From the IMG/VR virus record IMGVR_UViG_3300045988_143356: a DNA stretch of 64,000 nucleotides; one strand, 5' to 3'. Each line of letters opens with the position of its first letter. Positions within the stretch are counted from its first letter, which is position 1. The notes below the pieces were generated by a model, which was not told the DNA's origin, searched no databases, and saw only the letters and a list, made by a program, of their open reading frames with translations. The translations under genes were made by a program, and so were the position numbers. This document shows positions 37,145 to 46,101 of the stretch, piece by piece. Origin of the DNA: a virus.

Positions 37145-40039
37145 ATGAAAGCACAAGGATATCAGACTGTAACACGTTCAAGAGCGGGTAAAGACGGTGT
37201 ATCGGCATTCAAGAGCGTGGTTTTCAAAAGAAGCAATGAAGATATAGATGCACCCGTAGGTGGTACGTATGATTCCCCGGTACCCTCCGGTTGGAGTGAT
37301 GGTGTTCCGGGAGGCGAGGAAAAATTGTGGATGTCAACAAGGATATTCACAAACACTGGAGGCGCACCGCAGCAGGCGGCATGGACAACGCCTTCCGTGG
37401 TAACAGACACGGCGGACATTGATTTCGAGTTCTCGGCTGCCGCGAGTAATCCTGGAAATCCTACAAGTTCACCGAAACTTTGGCACAATACCGCCACATC
37501 GAATGACGTGTGGATGGCCGTGCGGAAGAAGAGCAATGGTGTGTGGGGAGCATGGGAGGTGTCGAAGATAAAGGGCGATAAGGGCGAGGACGGGAAGTCT
37601 TTCTACACGTGGATAAAGTACGCCGACAACGCAGACGGCGGCGGAATCAGCGACAACCCTGTGGCCGCCGACGGCACGCTTAAGAAATACATCGGCTTCG
37701 CGTACAACAAGACCTCGCCGACGGAGAGCAACGTGGCCTCGGACTATACGTGGGCGCTTTTCAAGGGCACTGACGGCACCGACGGCCTCCCTGGAAAGCC
37801 GGGCGACGACGGCACGACCTACTACACGTGGATAAAGTACGCCGACGCTCTGGGAAGCAACGGCTATCCTACCGAGATGTACGACACGGCCAAGGCAACG
37901 ACGGAGTATATCGGCATAGCGGTGAACCAGACGGAGCGTGCGGAGGGGACAGACCCGGCGGCGTACTCGTGGAGCAAGTTCAAGGGCGAGGACGGGAAGG
38001 GCATCGTCTCGCAGGTCGATTACTACGCCGTGTCGGCTTCCAAAACGGAAGTGCCGACAAATTGGACACCGAACACGCCGCCGAGCATGACCGCGACGCT
38101 TCGCTACCTGTGGAAATACACGCTGACCACGTTTACTGATGGCAACACCGTGCAGACTGCCCCTTGTGTGGTAGGCGTGTTCGGTGTAGACGGCCTGTCC
38201 TATCGATACTCGAAATGGGTCGCTGGCGTGGAGTACAGGAATGATAACAATCCATATTACCGCGATTCTAACGGGCAGGGTATTATTGACGTCGTTTATG
38301 TGAACGGTATAACCATGTATGACCCGAACAGTGACACCACCCCGCCTGCCGGGTATATCTGTCGAAAGACGCATACTTCCCTTGACACGGTGATATTCTC
38401 GTCAGAGGGTAACTGGACACAAGAAGACAATGTTTTCACCTCAGACACCATAACGGACAATAATGCGACATGGGCGAAAATCAAGTTCAAGACAACGGCG
38501 GCGAACACAAAGATCACGGTAAAGATAACGGCTTCGTCGGAGGCGAATTATGATTGGGGATATGTGTGCGGCCTTGACGCTGATTTCAGCACGACGAGCT
38601 ATCTTGCCAAGGTATCAGGAACAAATACTCAAACAGTTGAGATAGCGGTGCCCAAACCGGGCGTGCATTTTTTCTATGTCGGTTATACGAAGGATGGATC
38701 CGGCTACAAGAACAATGACAATACTGTTGTTGAGATAATATCTGTATCACCGTCCCCTGTTCCGCTCGCCGTAGGTGAATATTGGACGCAGATGAACTCT
38801 ATGGCACCTATTCTGACAGCTTTGGTGCTTGCTGACAGAATAAAAGCGAACGCCATTGATGTGGAGAGCCTCGCCGCGAACACCGCGTTCATCGACAACC
38901 TGACGGTAAACAAGCTGATGGCCGGGATAAAGAACGGACAGAGGATTGAGATAACGCCTGATAAGAAATCCATCGACATTTATAATTCCGACGGCACTTT
39001 AGCCTCCGTGTTAGAAGGCAATGAATATACAGCAATATCGTCCTTATTCAGTTCGGTAACTTCGGGGGCCATCACGGTAACCGAAGAAAGCGGAACAAAA
39101 CGAATGGATGGGGAGGATTTATTCGGTTCATCAACCCCGATTACTTCAGCGACGCAATTCTTGACACCTTCAAAAATAACAGTGGGAAGTGGAACACTTT
39201 CCATCGAACCTATTGTAACAATGATGGGCGGAACCTATATCACTTCAATAGGGTTGTACCTATGCACTTATTCTGATGAAAATTGCACAAATAAGATATA
39301 CTCTTCAGAAGTGCGTAGACTCCTAGCTAATAGTGAGTATAGTCAAAACACACAGACCTTAACCTTTTCTAATGGAACGGGGGTTGTTCCGGCTGGATGG
39401 ACAAGGTTGGAGATAGTGGTGGTGTCCCATCAGATTGGTTTTCCTATATTGATATGCTCATGGACTGACATCAGTGACGTGACTTATACTTCTGATTTCT
39501 ACGTCTCACGATACTTCGCAAATGGCTTATGCCTCGGCAGGAATCTGAACAACTATATTGCTATTTATAATAGTGGTTTGGTAGGGGGGATGAATTGCAG
39601 TATGGTGAATGGTGTTTACAGGTTTGACTTTGATGCCGACGGCATCTTTTTCAAAAGAAGTGCAAAGGAGGATAGAAAGAGACTTGCACCTAGATATGGG
39701 CTTCCTTTCGCCGCCCTAGCGGTGGGCACTATGCTTCTAAATTCCACTTCTCCGTCCATGGGAAATTACAGAACCGTTGATGGCTCAAATACTGGCATGT
39801 CCGTGTCCCGGGTTTCCAACGGCACATTCAAGGTCACGATACCGTCCACTTGGGGTAACCGATATATAGTACAACTCACGACATTGGGTAGGACTGACAG
39901 TGATAACCCAATGGGGGCATCAGTCAGTACCATTTCGACAGGATCATTCATCGTTGATACTATGAGCTTAAAGGGCACTTGGGTCAACGAGGCAAAGGTT
40001 ATGTTTTTAATCACAGATTTGTATGATTTCAATGGATGA
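37145..40039 (+). CDS. Tail fibre protein with repeated YTWIKYAD...FKG-DG modules
   Basis: 964 aa. Has a three-fold repeat (KGDKGEDGKSFYTWIKYAD... / FKGTDGTDGLPGKPGDDGTTYYTWIKYAD... / FKGEDGKG). Returns to high GC. Confidence 0.65.
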   Translation: MKAQGYQTVTRSRAGKDGVSAFKSVVFKRSNEDIDAPVGGTYDSPVPSGWSDGVPGGEEKLWMSTRIFTNTGGAPQQAAWTTPSVVTDTADIDFEFSAAASNPGNPTSSPKLWHNTATSNDVWMAVRKKSNGVWGAWEVSKIKGDKGEDGKSFYTWIKYADNADGGGISDNPVAADGTLKKYIGFAYNKTSPTESNVASDYTWALFKGTDGTDGLPGKPGDDGTTYYTWIKYADALGSNGYPTEMYDTAKATTEYIGIAVNQTERAEGTDPAAYSWSKFKGEDGKGIVSQVDYYAVSASKTEVPTNWTPNTPPSMTATLRYLWKYTLTTFTDGNTVQTAPCVVGVFGVDGLSYRYSKWVAGVEYRNDNNPYYRDSNGQGIIDVVYVNGITMYDPNSDTTPPAGYICRKTHTSLDTVIFSSEGNWTQEDNVFTSDTITDNNATWAKIKFKTTAANTKITVKITASSEANYDWGYVCGLDADFSTTSYLAKVSGTNTQTVEIAVPKPGVHFFYVGYTKDGSGYKNNDNTVVEIISVSPSPVPLAVGEYWTQMNSMAPILTALVLADRIKANAIDVESLAANTAFIDNLTVNKLMAGIKNGQRIEITPDKKSIDIYNSDGTLASVLEGNEYTAISSLFSSVTSGAITVTEESGTKRMDGEDLFGSSTPITSATQFLTPSKITVGSGTLSIEPIVTMMGGTYITSIGLYLCTYSDENCTNKIYSSEVRRLLANSEYSQNTQTLTFSNGTGVVPAGWTRLEIVVVSHQIGFPILICSWTDISDVTYTSDFYVSRYFANGLCLGRNLNNYIAIYNSGLVGGMNCSMVNGVYRFDFDADGIFFKRSAKEDRKRLAPRYGLPFAALAVGTMLLNSTSPSMGNYRTVDGSNTGMSVSRVSNGTFKVTIPSTWGNRYIVQLTTLGRTDSDNPMGASVSTISTGSFIVDTMSLKGTWVNEAKVMFLITDLYDFNG

Positions 40040-40481
40040 TTTAACGAAAAATTTTTCTTACTCGGAGTTTACCGAGTCAAGCACGGCCAAGGCGAGGGGG
40101 ATCGACAACAGTCTTCCGAACCAGGCCGTGCGCACTGCTATCAAGGAGCTTGCTGAGAATATTCTGCAACCGCTCCGTGACGCATACGGAAGCGGCATAA
40201 GGATTACATCCGGCTATCGTTGCCCCGCCTTGAACAAGGCGGTGGGCGGCGTGGCCACCTCCGCGCACCTTACGGGTTACGCGGCGGATTTGCAGCCGAT
40301 AAACGGTGATATCGCCGGGTTTACCAGATTTGCCGTTGAATGGTTGAAACGCACCGGCACTGCTTTTGACCAGTGCATAACCGAGCGTAACACCCATACC
40401 GGAGCGATATGGCTGCACATCGGGCTGAAAGGTCCTGGAGGCAAGCAGCGCAAACAATTTTTAAATATGACAATATCATGA
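40023..40481 (+). CDS. Endolysin, peptidase M15 (Zn D-Ala-D-Ala / L-Ala-D-Glu peptidase family)
   Basis: FSYSEF..., ITSGYRCPALNKAVGGVATSAHLTGYAADL matches the SGYR...N...GG..S.H..G.A.D signature. Confidence 0.8.
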   Translation: MISMDDLTKNFSYSEFTESSTAKARGIDNSLPNQAVRTAIKELAENILQPLRDAYGSGIRITSGYRCPALNKAVGGVATSAHLTGYAADLQPINGDIAGFTRFAVEWLKRTGTAFDQCITERNTHTGAIWLHIGLKGPGGKQRKQFLNMTIS

Positions 40482-40906
40482 AAGAGTTTTTAAAGAAAAT
40501 CGCCGACATTCTGTTATGGGCGTGGCAGCTGCCGCAGAATGTCGCGGGAATCATCGTCCAGAAGTTTTACGAGCGGAAGGCGGACAAGACCGACGCGGAT
40601 TGGCTCTATTTCCGCAGACATGGCATCCTGTACCTCCGCACGGACTCGCTCGCCAGCGGCAAGGCGGTGGCGCTGGGAGAGTATGTCGTGGTAAACTGGT
40701 TCGCGAGCCACGACACAGAGGATCACGAGTTCGGCCACGTCAGGCAGTCGAGGATGCTCGGGCCGTTTTACCTTCCGCTCGTGGGCTTGCAGTCACTCTG
40801 CCACGCCGCCGTCCACTACGACCTTTGCGGAAGGAAAAAGTACAAGCCTTACAGGCATTTCTGGACTGAAAAATGGGCGGATTGGCTTGGCGGAGTCAAA
40901 AAATAG
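40478..40906 (+). CDS. Hypothetical HExxH-motif protein coupled to the endolysin
   Basis: ATGA overlap with the endolysin stop. Hydrophobic N-terminus ILLWAWQLPQNVAGIIV and a DHEFGHVRQS motif. Confidence 0.55.
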   Translation: MKEFLKKIADILLWAWQLPQNVAGIIVQKFYERKADKTDADWLYFRRHGILYLRTDSLASGKAVALGEYVVVNWFASHDTEDHEFGHVRQSRMLGPFYLPLVGLQSLCHAAVHYDLCGRKKYKPYRHFWTEKWADWLGGVKK

Positions 40907-40968
40907 CACTACCTTTGTGGCAGTTGTCATAACTTTACTCGTTTTAGGTTAGTTAGTTAAAGAACTTC

Positions 40969-41003
40969 GGTCTCCCCGCCGAGAGGTGCGGAGACCTTTT
41001 TTT
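40969..41003 (+). terminator. Rho-independent terminator
   Basis: GGTCTCC (40969-40975) pairs with GGAGACC (40990-40996), followed by T7. Confidence 0.7.
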
Positions 41004-41011
41004 AGAATATC

Positions 41012-41524
41012 ATGGGAAAGAAATTTTTATTCTTGATTTGCATGGCGCTTACGGCCACCCTCGGGTTCATCGGCGGGCGAAGAAGTTCCATTATGCCTCC
41101 CGTTGAAAAGTCAGACACTATAATAATACGCGATACATTCATTGACTACAAGCCTTCGCCCGTAACCGTCTCTCCATTGCGGATCGAAACCTGCCGTCTG
41201 CTTCTGGCATCTAAGTTCGCTGATGATACCACGATGACAGCTGATACGGTCATTATACAAATCCATGACACCGTTGCCGTAGAGGTTCCGATAACCCTCA
41301 GCCGCTATATGGCGCGGGATTATGATATAGCCGTGTCCGGTTTCCGTACTGAACTTGAATATGTCAAGGTGTTTCCGGAAACAAAAGTGGTGACCAAGAT
41401 GGTCATGCAGCAGAAAAGAAAATTCGGTTTCGGTGTCTCGGCGGGACCGACGGTATGCCTTGCTCCGGATGGGCGGTTTGCGTACGGTCTGGGCGTGACA
41501 GGAGGTTTAACATATAATTTTTGA
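41012..41524 (+). CDS. Signal-anchored lysis-cassette protein (spanin-like candidate)
   Basis: 170 aa. N-terminal KKFLFLICMALTATLGFIGG and a Gly-rich beta C-terminus. Confidence 0.45.
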   Translation: MGKKFLFLICMALTATLGFIGGRRSSIMPPVEKSDTIIIRDTFIDYKPSPVTVSPLRIETCRLLLASKFADDTTMTADTVIIQIHDTVAVEVPITLSRYMARDYDIAVSGFRTELEYVKVFPETKVVTKMVMQQKRKFGFGVSAGPTVCLAPDGRFAYGLGVTGGLTYNF

Positions 41525-41585
41525 CGGTCTATGACGACGGATTCAGAATGTCTGATCATCTTCCTCTAATAATCAATCTTTAGTC

Positions 41586-41771
41586 ATGAGCAAAGCGAAA
41601 TTCAAGATAAAAGTTCAGAAAGGCAAAAAGTCTGGCACAAAACTTGCGGCTATCCCAGTGAAGGTGGTGAAGAACGACAATCCTAACGGAGAGAAAATCC
41701 TTGCGAAGGGCATCCAAATCACCGTCAGCCCTAAAATTAATAGTCATGGACAACCAAGGCGAAAGCGATGA
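41586..41771 (+). CDS. Small Lys-rich hypothetical protein
   Basis: 61 aa ORF. Overlaps the next gene by 26 nt. Confidence 0.3.
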   Translation: MSKAKFKIKVQKGKKSGTKLAAIPVKVVKNDNPNGEKILAKGIQITVSPKINSHGQPRRKR

Positions 41772-42162
41772 ACGGATTAAAAGATTGATTCTGACGCTAC
41801 GGGATATAACCCTTGCGGTACAGATAGCACCGTTTGTCATTTCCTTGCTTTATATCCTGGGCATAACCGCGCAACTTTTATTTAGCGGCGATACAAGCTG
41901 GCTTTTCAGCATTATATTATATACTCCGCCGCCTATCATTCTCATCATGCTGATATTTTCGAGAATGCTGCACCTTTGCAAATGGCATCGGCTGGCCTGC
42001 GCGCTCCCGCTTGTGCCATTCTGCTTTACAATGATTGACGCTTATCTGATTGAATTATCAGATATAGCCGTATGGATTCTAAATGGATTGGCTATTGCCA
42101 TGATAATTATGCTCCTTATGGCGGCTTACAATGTTTTTCTTAAACCACATCATTATGTTTAA
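41746..42162 (+). CDS. Multi-pass membrane protein (holin candidate)
   Basis: ORF 41701..42162 trimmed to ATG 41746. Four hydrophobic segments by eye. Confidence 0.5.
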   Translation: MDNQGESDERIKRLILTLRDITLAVQIAPFVISLLYILGITAQLLFSGDTSWLFSIILYTPPPIILIMLIFSRMLHLCKWHRLACALPLVPFCFTMIDAYLIELSDIAVWILNGLAIAMIIMLLMAAYNVFLKPHHYV

Positions 42163-42271
42163 TCCTAAAGACTATCTTATCGAGATTCTTGAGTTCTACA
42201 TCAAGAAACTGCAAAGTGATTCCTGCACTATGGAGGAAATCAATTAGGCGACGCACACCTTGGAAAGCAAT

Positions 42272-42454
42272 ATGAAAGTGTACGGCAGCATTTCGGACTT
42301 CGCCGATTTTTATCACAAACCGGAAACTTCAATCCGTGTCAATATCTTCCGTAAGTTATTGGATAAGCCTATCCGAAAAGTGCTTTACCCGTTCCACAAG
42401 ATTCACCGCATTGTTCCAGATAATTGGCATAATAAAAGCGATTTAAGAATATAA
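42272..42454 (+). CDS. Small hypothetical protein
   Basis: ORF 42260..42454 trimmed to ATG 42272 (MKVYGSISDFADFYHK...). Confidence 0.35.
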   Translation: MKVYGSISDFADFYHKPETSIRVNIFRKLLDKPIRKVLYPFHKIHRIVPDNWHNKSDLRI

Positions 42455-42488
42455 CGATACATTCTTCATCCGCACCTCCATGATATCG

Positions 42489-42496
42489 TAACTTTG
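42489..42496 (+). promoter_or_regulatory. Putative -7 box TAACTTTG for the six-gene operon
   Basis: TAnnTTTG match 44 nt upstream of ATG 42541. Confidence 0.4.
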
Positions 42497-42540
42497 CGAC
42501 AAGACCGAATGGCGGTCGAAACACACTAAACTTTTTTATC

Positions 42541-43461
42541 ATGGAATCAAAAACGTATGTATTCGGCGGGGAAGACTCCGGCAACAGCGGGATGTGGGGA
42601 TGGCTCGCCAACCTCGCGCAGAACAGGGGTGTTGACCCTAATGTCCTGGCGATGATGAACAACAGCGGTGGCTGGGGCAACGGAATGGGGAACTGGATCT
42701 GGTTCTTCTTCATTATCCTTATCTTCTGTGGCAACGGCTGGAACGGGCTCGGACGCAACGGGCAAGGCACCGCTGACCTTGCGTCGCTCATCAACAGCGA
42801 CAACGGCAGGGATCTCGTGATGCAGGCCATCACCCGCAACGGCAACGCCATCGACCAGCTGGCAAGCACGTTCAACTGCTCGACAGGCCAGATCCAACAG
42901 GCCATCAACGGTGTGATGACACAGCTCCAGTCCCTCGGCAGCCAGGTAGGCATGTCCGGACAGGCTATCATCAACGCCATCCAGAGCGGCAACTGCTCGA
43001 TAGAGAGACAGCTTGCGCAGTGCTGCTGCGACAACCGCCTTCTCGCCACCCAGCAGGGCTATGAGAACAGGATTGCCATCTCAGAGCAGACCAACGTGCT
43101 TGGCTCGAAGATTGACCAGCAAAGCGTTCTCATCAACGACAAGTTCTGCCAGCTGGAGCAGCGTGAGCTTCAGAACAAGATAGACGCGCTCCGGGAGGAA
43201 AGGTCCAACCTTCTCGGCCAGATCTCACAGGCGAACCAGACCGCGCAGATCGGGCAGTACATCAGCCAGGCGTTCACGCCGCTCAACTCCGCCTTGGCCG
43301 CCTTGCAGTCCGAAGTTGACGGCATCAAGTGCAAGCTCCCGCAGACGCAGGTTGTCCCGGCGCAGAACGGCGTTTACCTTTCGCCTTGCCAGGCCACCCT
43401 TCTCGGTCTCAACGGACTTGGTGCGGGCTCCGGTGTCATCGGTAACGGCCCTTGGCTGTAA
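42541..43461 (+). CDS. Membrane protein with G/N/W-rich N-terminus and Q/N-rich Cys-containing coiled-coil ectodomain
   Basis: 306 aa. GGWGNGMGNWIWFFFIILIFCGNGWNG, then Gln/Asn-rich heptad-like sequence with CCC, CQLEQ and CKLP. Confidence 0.6.
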   Translation: MESKTYVFGGEDSGNSGMWGWLANLAQNRGVDPNVLAMMNNSGGWGNGMGNWIWFFFIILIFCGNGWNGLGRNGQGTADLASLINSDNGRDLVMQAITRNGNAIDQLASTFNCSTGQIQQAINGVMTQLQSLGSQVGMSGQAIINAIQSGNCSIERQLAQCCCDNRLLATQQGYENRIAISEQTNVLGSKIDQQSVLINDKFCQLEQRELQNKIDALREERSNLLGQISQANQTAQIGQYISQAFTPLNSALAALQSEVDGIKCKLPQTQVVPAQNGVYLSPCQATLLGLNGLGAGSGVIGNGPWL

Positions 43462-43505
43462 GTTCAACGGGGCCGTCGTAAGGCGGCCCATAAACCCAAG
43501 ACATC

Positions 43506-43847
43506 ATGATACCGTTCTACTTTATGGCTAACAGAGGCGGAATACCGAGGGTCAAGTCCGAAAGCGTGACAGTGACAGCCACGGAAGTGAGGTTCAACTT
43601 CACAAGTGACGCGCGGTTCGCGAGGAATTTCAGCGGATTCGTCGCGGTATGGCTGGCGCAGGCAATCCCGTCGGGAACCACAGGAACGCTTCCGGTAGTA
43701 TTCTCTTCGACAGCTTCCGGCAACCAGGCCGTGACCACTTTCGACGACGCAGCCGTGACCGTGAACAACATCAGCGGCACGGGTATCTATCTTGCCTACT
43801 ACGAGGCTTCAACAGGAACACTGCAATTCCTTACGGGACTTGCGTAA
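43506..43847 (+). CDS. Small beta-rich hypothetical protein
   Basis: 113 aa; the alternative start ATG 43524 gives MANRGG... Confidence 0.55.
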   Translation: MIPFYFMANRGGIPRVKSESVTVTATEVRFNFTSDARFARNFSGFVAVWLAQAIPSGTTGTLPVVFSSTASGNQAVTTFDDAAVTVNNISGTGIYLAYYEASTGTLQFLTGLA

Positions 43848-43866
43848 CAATTAAACAATCAGAGAC

Positions 43867-44373
43867 ATGTTCAGCGCATTGAGACAGTCAGGCACGGTCT
43901 ATATCCTGACAAAGGGTGACACCCCGACCCTAAAGACGGGCGTGGTTCAGTCCGTTTCCTCCCCGGTGACGAAGTTCGGCACACAGCTGATGCCGGGACA
44001 GTTCCAGCAGGACACGGTGGTGGATTTGACCGTGAAGGTCGGGGACGAGCTTCTGACATTCAAGCAGATTCCGTCTTCGTCTGTCATCGCGCCTTGCGGC
44101 AACACCGTGGTCTCCGAAAGCCGCGAGGCTATGGTGGCCGAGGTCGAGAACATGATAAGGACAAGCAAGGAAGTCCTTGGGAGCGTGGACTATCACAAGA
44201 ACGCTCTGGAGGCCTGCGAGTCCATCATGTGCACGCTCAATCCAAGGCTTGCCGAGGAAAAGGAACAAAGGGAGAAGATTGAGACCCTTGAGCGTAAGCT
44301 CGGTGGCATCGAAGACACCGTGGGTGACATGAAAGAACTGCTGCTCAAGGCGTTGAACAAGGTCCCTAAATAA
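43867..44373 (+). CDS. Hypothetical protein, beta N-domain plus coiled-coil C-terminus
   Basis: 168 aa. Confidence 0.55.
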   Translation: MFSALRQSGTVYILTKGDTPTLKTGVVQSVSSPVTKFGTQLMPGQFQQDTVVDLTVKVGDELLTFKQIPSSSVIAPCGNTVVSESREAMVAEVENMIRTSKEVLGSVDYHKNALEACESIMCTLNPRLAEEKEQREKIETLERKLGGIEDTVGDMKELLLKALNKVPK

Positions 44374-44388
44374 CACACTATTTTAATC

Positions 44389-44628
44389 ATGAGAGTAATA
44401 GAGATAACTGAAAGCAAGCTGGACAAGATGTCCGACTTGGCAGAGGAAATGCTGACCGCCGGGGGCAGACTGATGCACTGCATCAGCGAGTTGGGTGAGG
44501 AAAGCGGCCTGAATATGCGGATGGGTGACGGGGACTACCGGTCAATGTCAACCATGAGGCGCAGGCATGAACGTGATGACTATGACGGTGACGACTTCGG
44601 CGAGCGCCGCCGCAGATACCGCTATTAG
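44389..44628 (+). CDS. Small protein with Arg/Asp-rich C-terminus
   Basis: 79 aa. ...RRRHERDDYDGDDFGERRRRYRY. Confidence 0.5.
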   Translation: MRVIEITESKLDKMSDLAEEMLTAGGRLMHCISELGEESGLNMRMGDGDYRSMSTMRRRHERDDYDGDDFGERRRRYRY

Positions 44629-44630
44629 CC

Positions 44631-45053
44631 ATGTATAGGGAACCGCTTGACATTTATGACGAGAGGCCGGCGGCCATGGTCGCCTACCTCCGTCACAACG
44701 GAATGCACTTCAACGGCAAGGCCCAGGAGTTCGCCGCGTCCCAGATGCGGAAGATGAACCCGGCGACAAGAAAGACCGAGCGGATAGAAGCCTGGAACAA
44801 GGAGCAGGTCGATGACCTTATGAAACGGAACGGCATCACGCTGGAAAACGCTGTCGGGCATGACTACGTTTTCGTGGCCAACATGGCCAAAGCGGATTTC
44901 CTCGGCTCCAGCATAGAGGACGAGAAGCACCTTGCAAGGTATGTCAAGGATGTCATTGACGATCCGGACCAGGCGGACGGGTTTATCTTCAACCGCTGGT
45001 ACGCCGACACGGTGCGTTCGGGAATCCCCGTTGACTGGGAGACTATCCTATGA
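44631..45053 (+). CDS. Hypothetical protein
   Basis: 140 aa. 2-nt gap from the previous gene. Confidence 0.55.
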   Translation: MYREPLDIYDERPAAMVAYLRHNGMHFNGKAQEFAASQMRKMNPATRKTERIEAWNKEQVDDLMKRNGITLENAVGHDYVFVANMAKADFLGSSIEDEKHLARYVKDVIDDPDQADGFIFNRWYADTVRSGIPVDWETIL

Positions 45054-45463
45054 CGACACAGCGTGTCCTTTTGTCCGATTGGCGGTGGACAGTGGTGTTC
45101 TGCTACGACGCCACCGCCTACGACACGGACACGGTTCTTGACTTGATGGACGAGGCGAACATTTCTGCCGACAAGATAGAGGCCGCTGAAAGAATCCTTT
45201 CCGATATCCAGTCCAACACGGGCCTCACGGCCTCGTCCTTCAATTCAAGGACTACCGTAAGCGTGATAGGCAGGGCTTCATCAGTGTTCGAGTTCCAAAA
45301 CACCTATGACCACGAGAAGGGACACGTGACGATGCACATAGCGAAGGCGTTGGGGATAGACCCTTTCGGCGAGGAGCTTCAATACCTCGCCGGCGATATA
45401 GGGAGAAAAACATATCCGGTCGCAAGAATGTATCTTTGCGCCGGATGCGGGAATGACAGATGA
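45050..45463 (+). CDS. Hypothetical HExxH-motif protein
   Basis: 137 aa. YDHEKGHVTMH and a C-terminal CAGCG. 4-nt overlap with the previous gene. Confidence 0.55.
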   Translation: MTTQRVLLSDWRWTVVFCYDATAYDTDTVLDLMDEANISADKIEAAERILSDIQSNTGLTASSFNSRTTVSVIGRASSVFEFQNTYDHEKGHVTMHIAKALGIDPFGEELQYLAGDIGRKTYPVARMYLCAGCGNDR

Positions 45464-45493
45464 GGCGGCAAGTTGCCCATTTGTCAAATAAAG

Positions 45494-45527
45494 GCACCGT
45501 GCGAACCTCCACCACACGGTGCTTTTT
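45494..45527. terminator. Bidirectional rho-independent terminator between convergent + and - blocks
   Basis: GCACCGTG (45494-45501) pairs with CACGGTGC (45515-45522), followed by T5. A-rich on the other side. Confidence 0.7.
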
Positions 45528-45528
45528 G

Positions 45529-46101
45529 TCAGTCATTTAGAAGGAAATCCTCCGCATACGGCAATGACCTTATGAAGTCGCAGAAAGCACCGTAGTCCTC
45601 TTTTAGTTTGTGGTTCTTGCGTTGTGCATATATGTTCCTAAGACACAGATAGTTGGTCGTGCAACGCATAAACAACTCTATGCCCTGGGGACAGTTCGAC
45701 ACCAGACGCATAAAGTTCGCGTATGTCGGGGACTCGTTATACTCTTTCTGCAAGGCCGTGACTTCCTTGATTGTGTTTTCGGTAACATATTTGTTACAAC
45801 ACTCCTTTATGTTCATCTTACTCAGACGGTGCATCTTGCTGCTGGAGTTCACTATCTTGAAGAAGGTGTACCGTTGCAGCTCCGGACTGATGTAGTTCGG
45901 ATATACCAGATCAAAGGCGACACGGATTCCGGAAAGAAAGTTGGAGTGGCCGCCGCCAAGCGGCGCGAGTTTCCTTGCCCTTTCAAGCGATTTCTCGAAC
46001 TCCTCATCAGTGTATTCCGGCAATTCAAGCCGCATCGAGTTGCGGCACGCTATGACCGATTCCTTCAAGTCATAGACCTTCACATTCTCAACCCTCAGCA
46101 T
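45529..46101 (-). CDS. ThyX-like (flavin-dependent thymidylate synthase fold) protein with a degenerate RHR motif
   Basis: 190 aa. GGGHSNFLSGIRVAFDL...QRYTFF...SSSKMHRLS...CTTNYLCLRNIYAQR aligns by eye to ThyX blocks (HGHxSxxEH..., RHRxxS, N.R.L..F..LR). The RHR triad is not conserved. Confidence 0.4.
   Translation of the reverse strand: MLRVENVKVYDLKESVIACRNSMRLELPEYTDEEFEKSLERARKLAPLGGGHSNFLSGIRVAFDLVYPNYISPELQRYTFFKIVNSSSKMHRLSKMNIKECCNKYVTENTIKEVTALQKEYNESPTYANFMRLVSNCPQGIELFMRCTTNYLCLRNIYAQRKNHKLKEDYGAFCDFIRSLPYAEDFLLND

Noticed and set aside
30800-40039. A diversity-generating retroelement (template/variable repeat pair) acting on the fibre genes.
   Set aside because: No reverse-transcriptase ORF exists anywhere in the window. 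I saw no near-identical repeat pair differing mainly at adenines.
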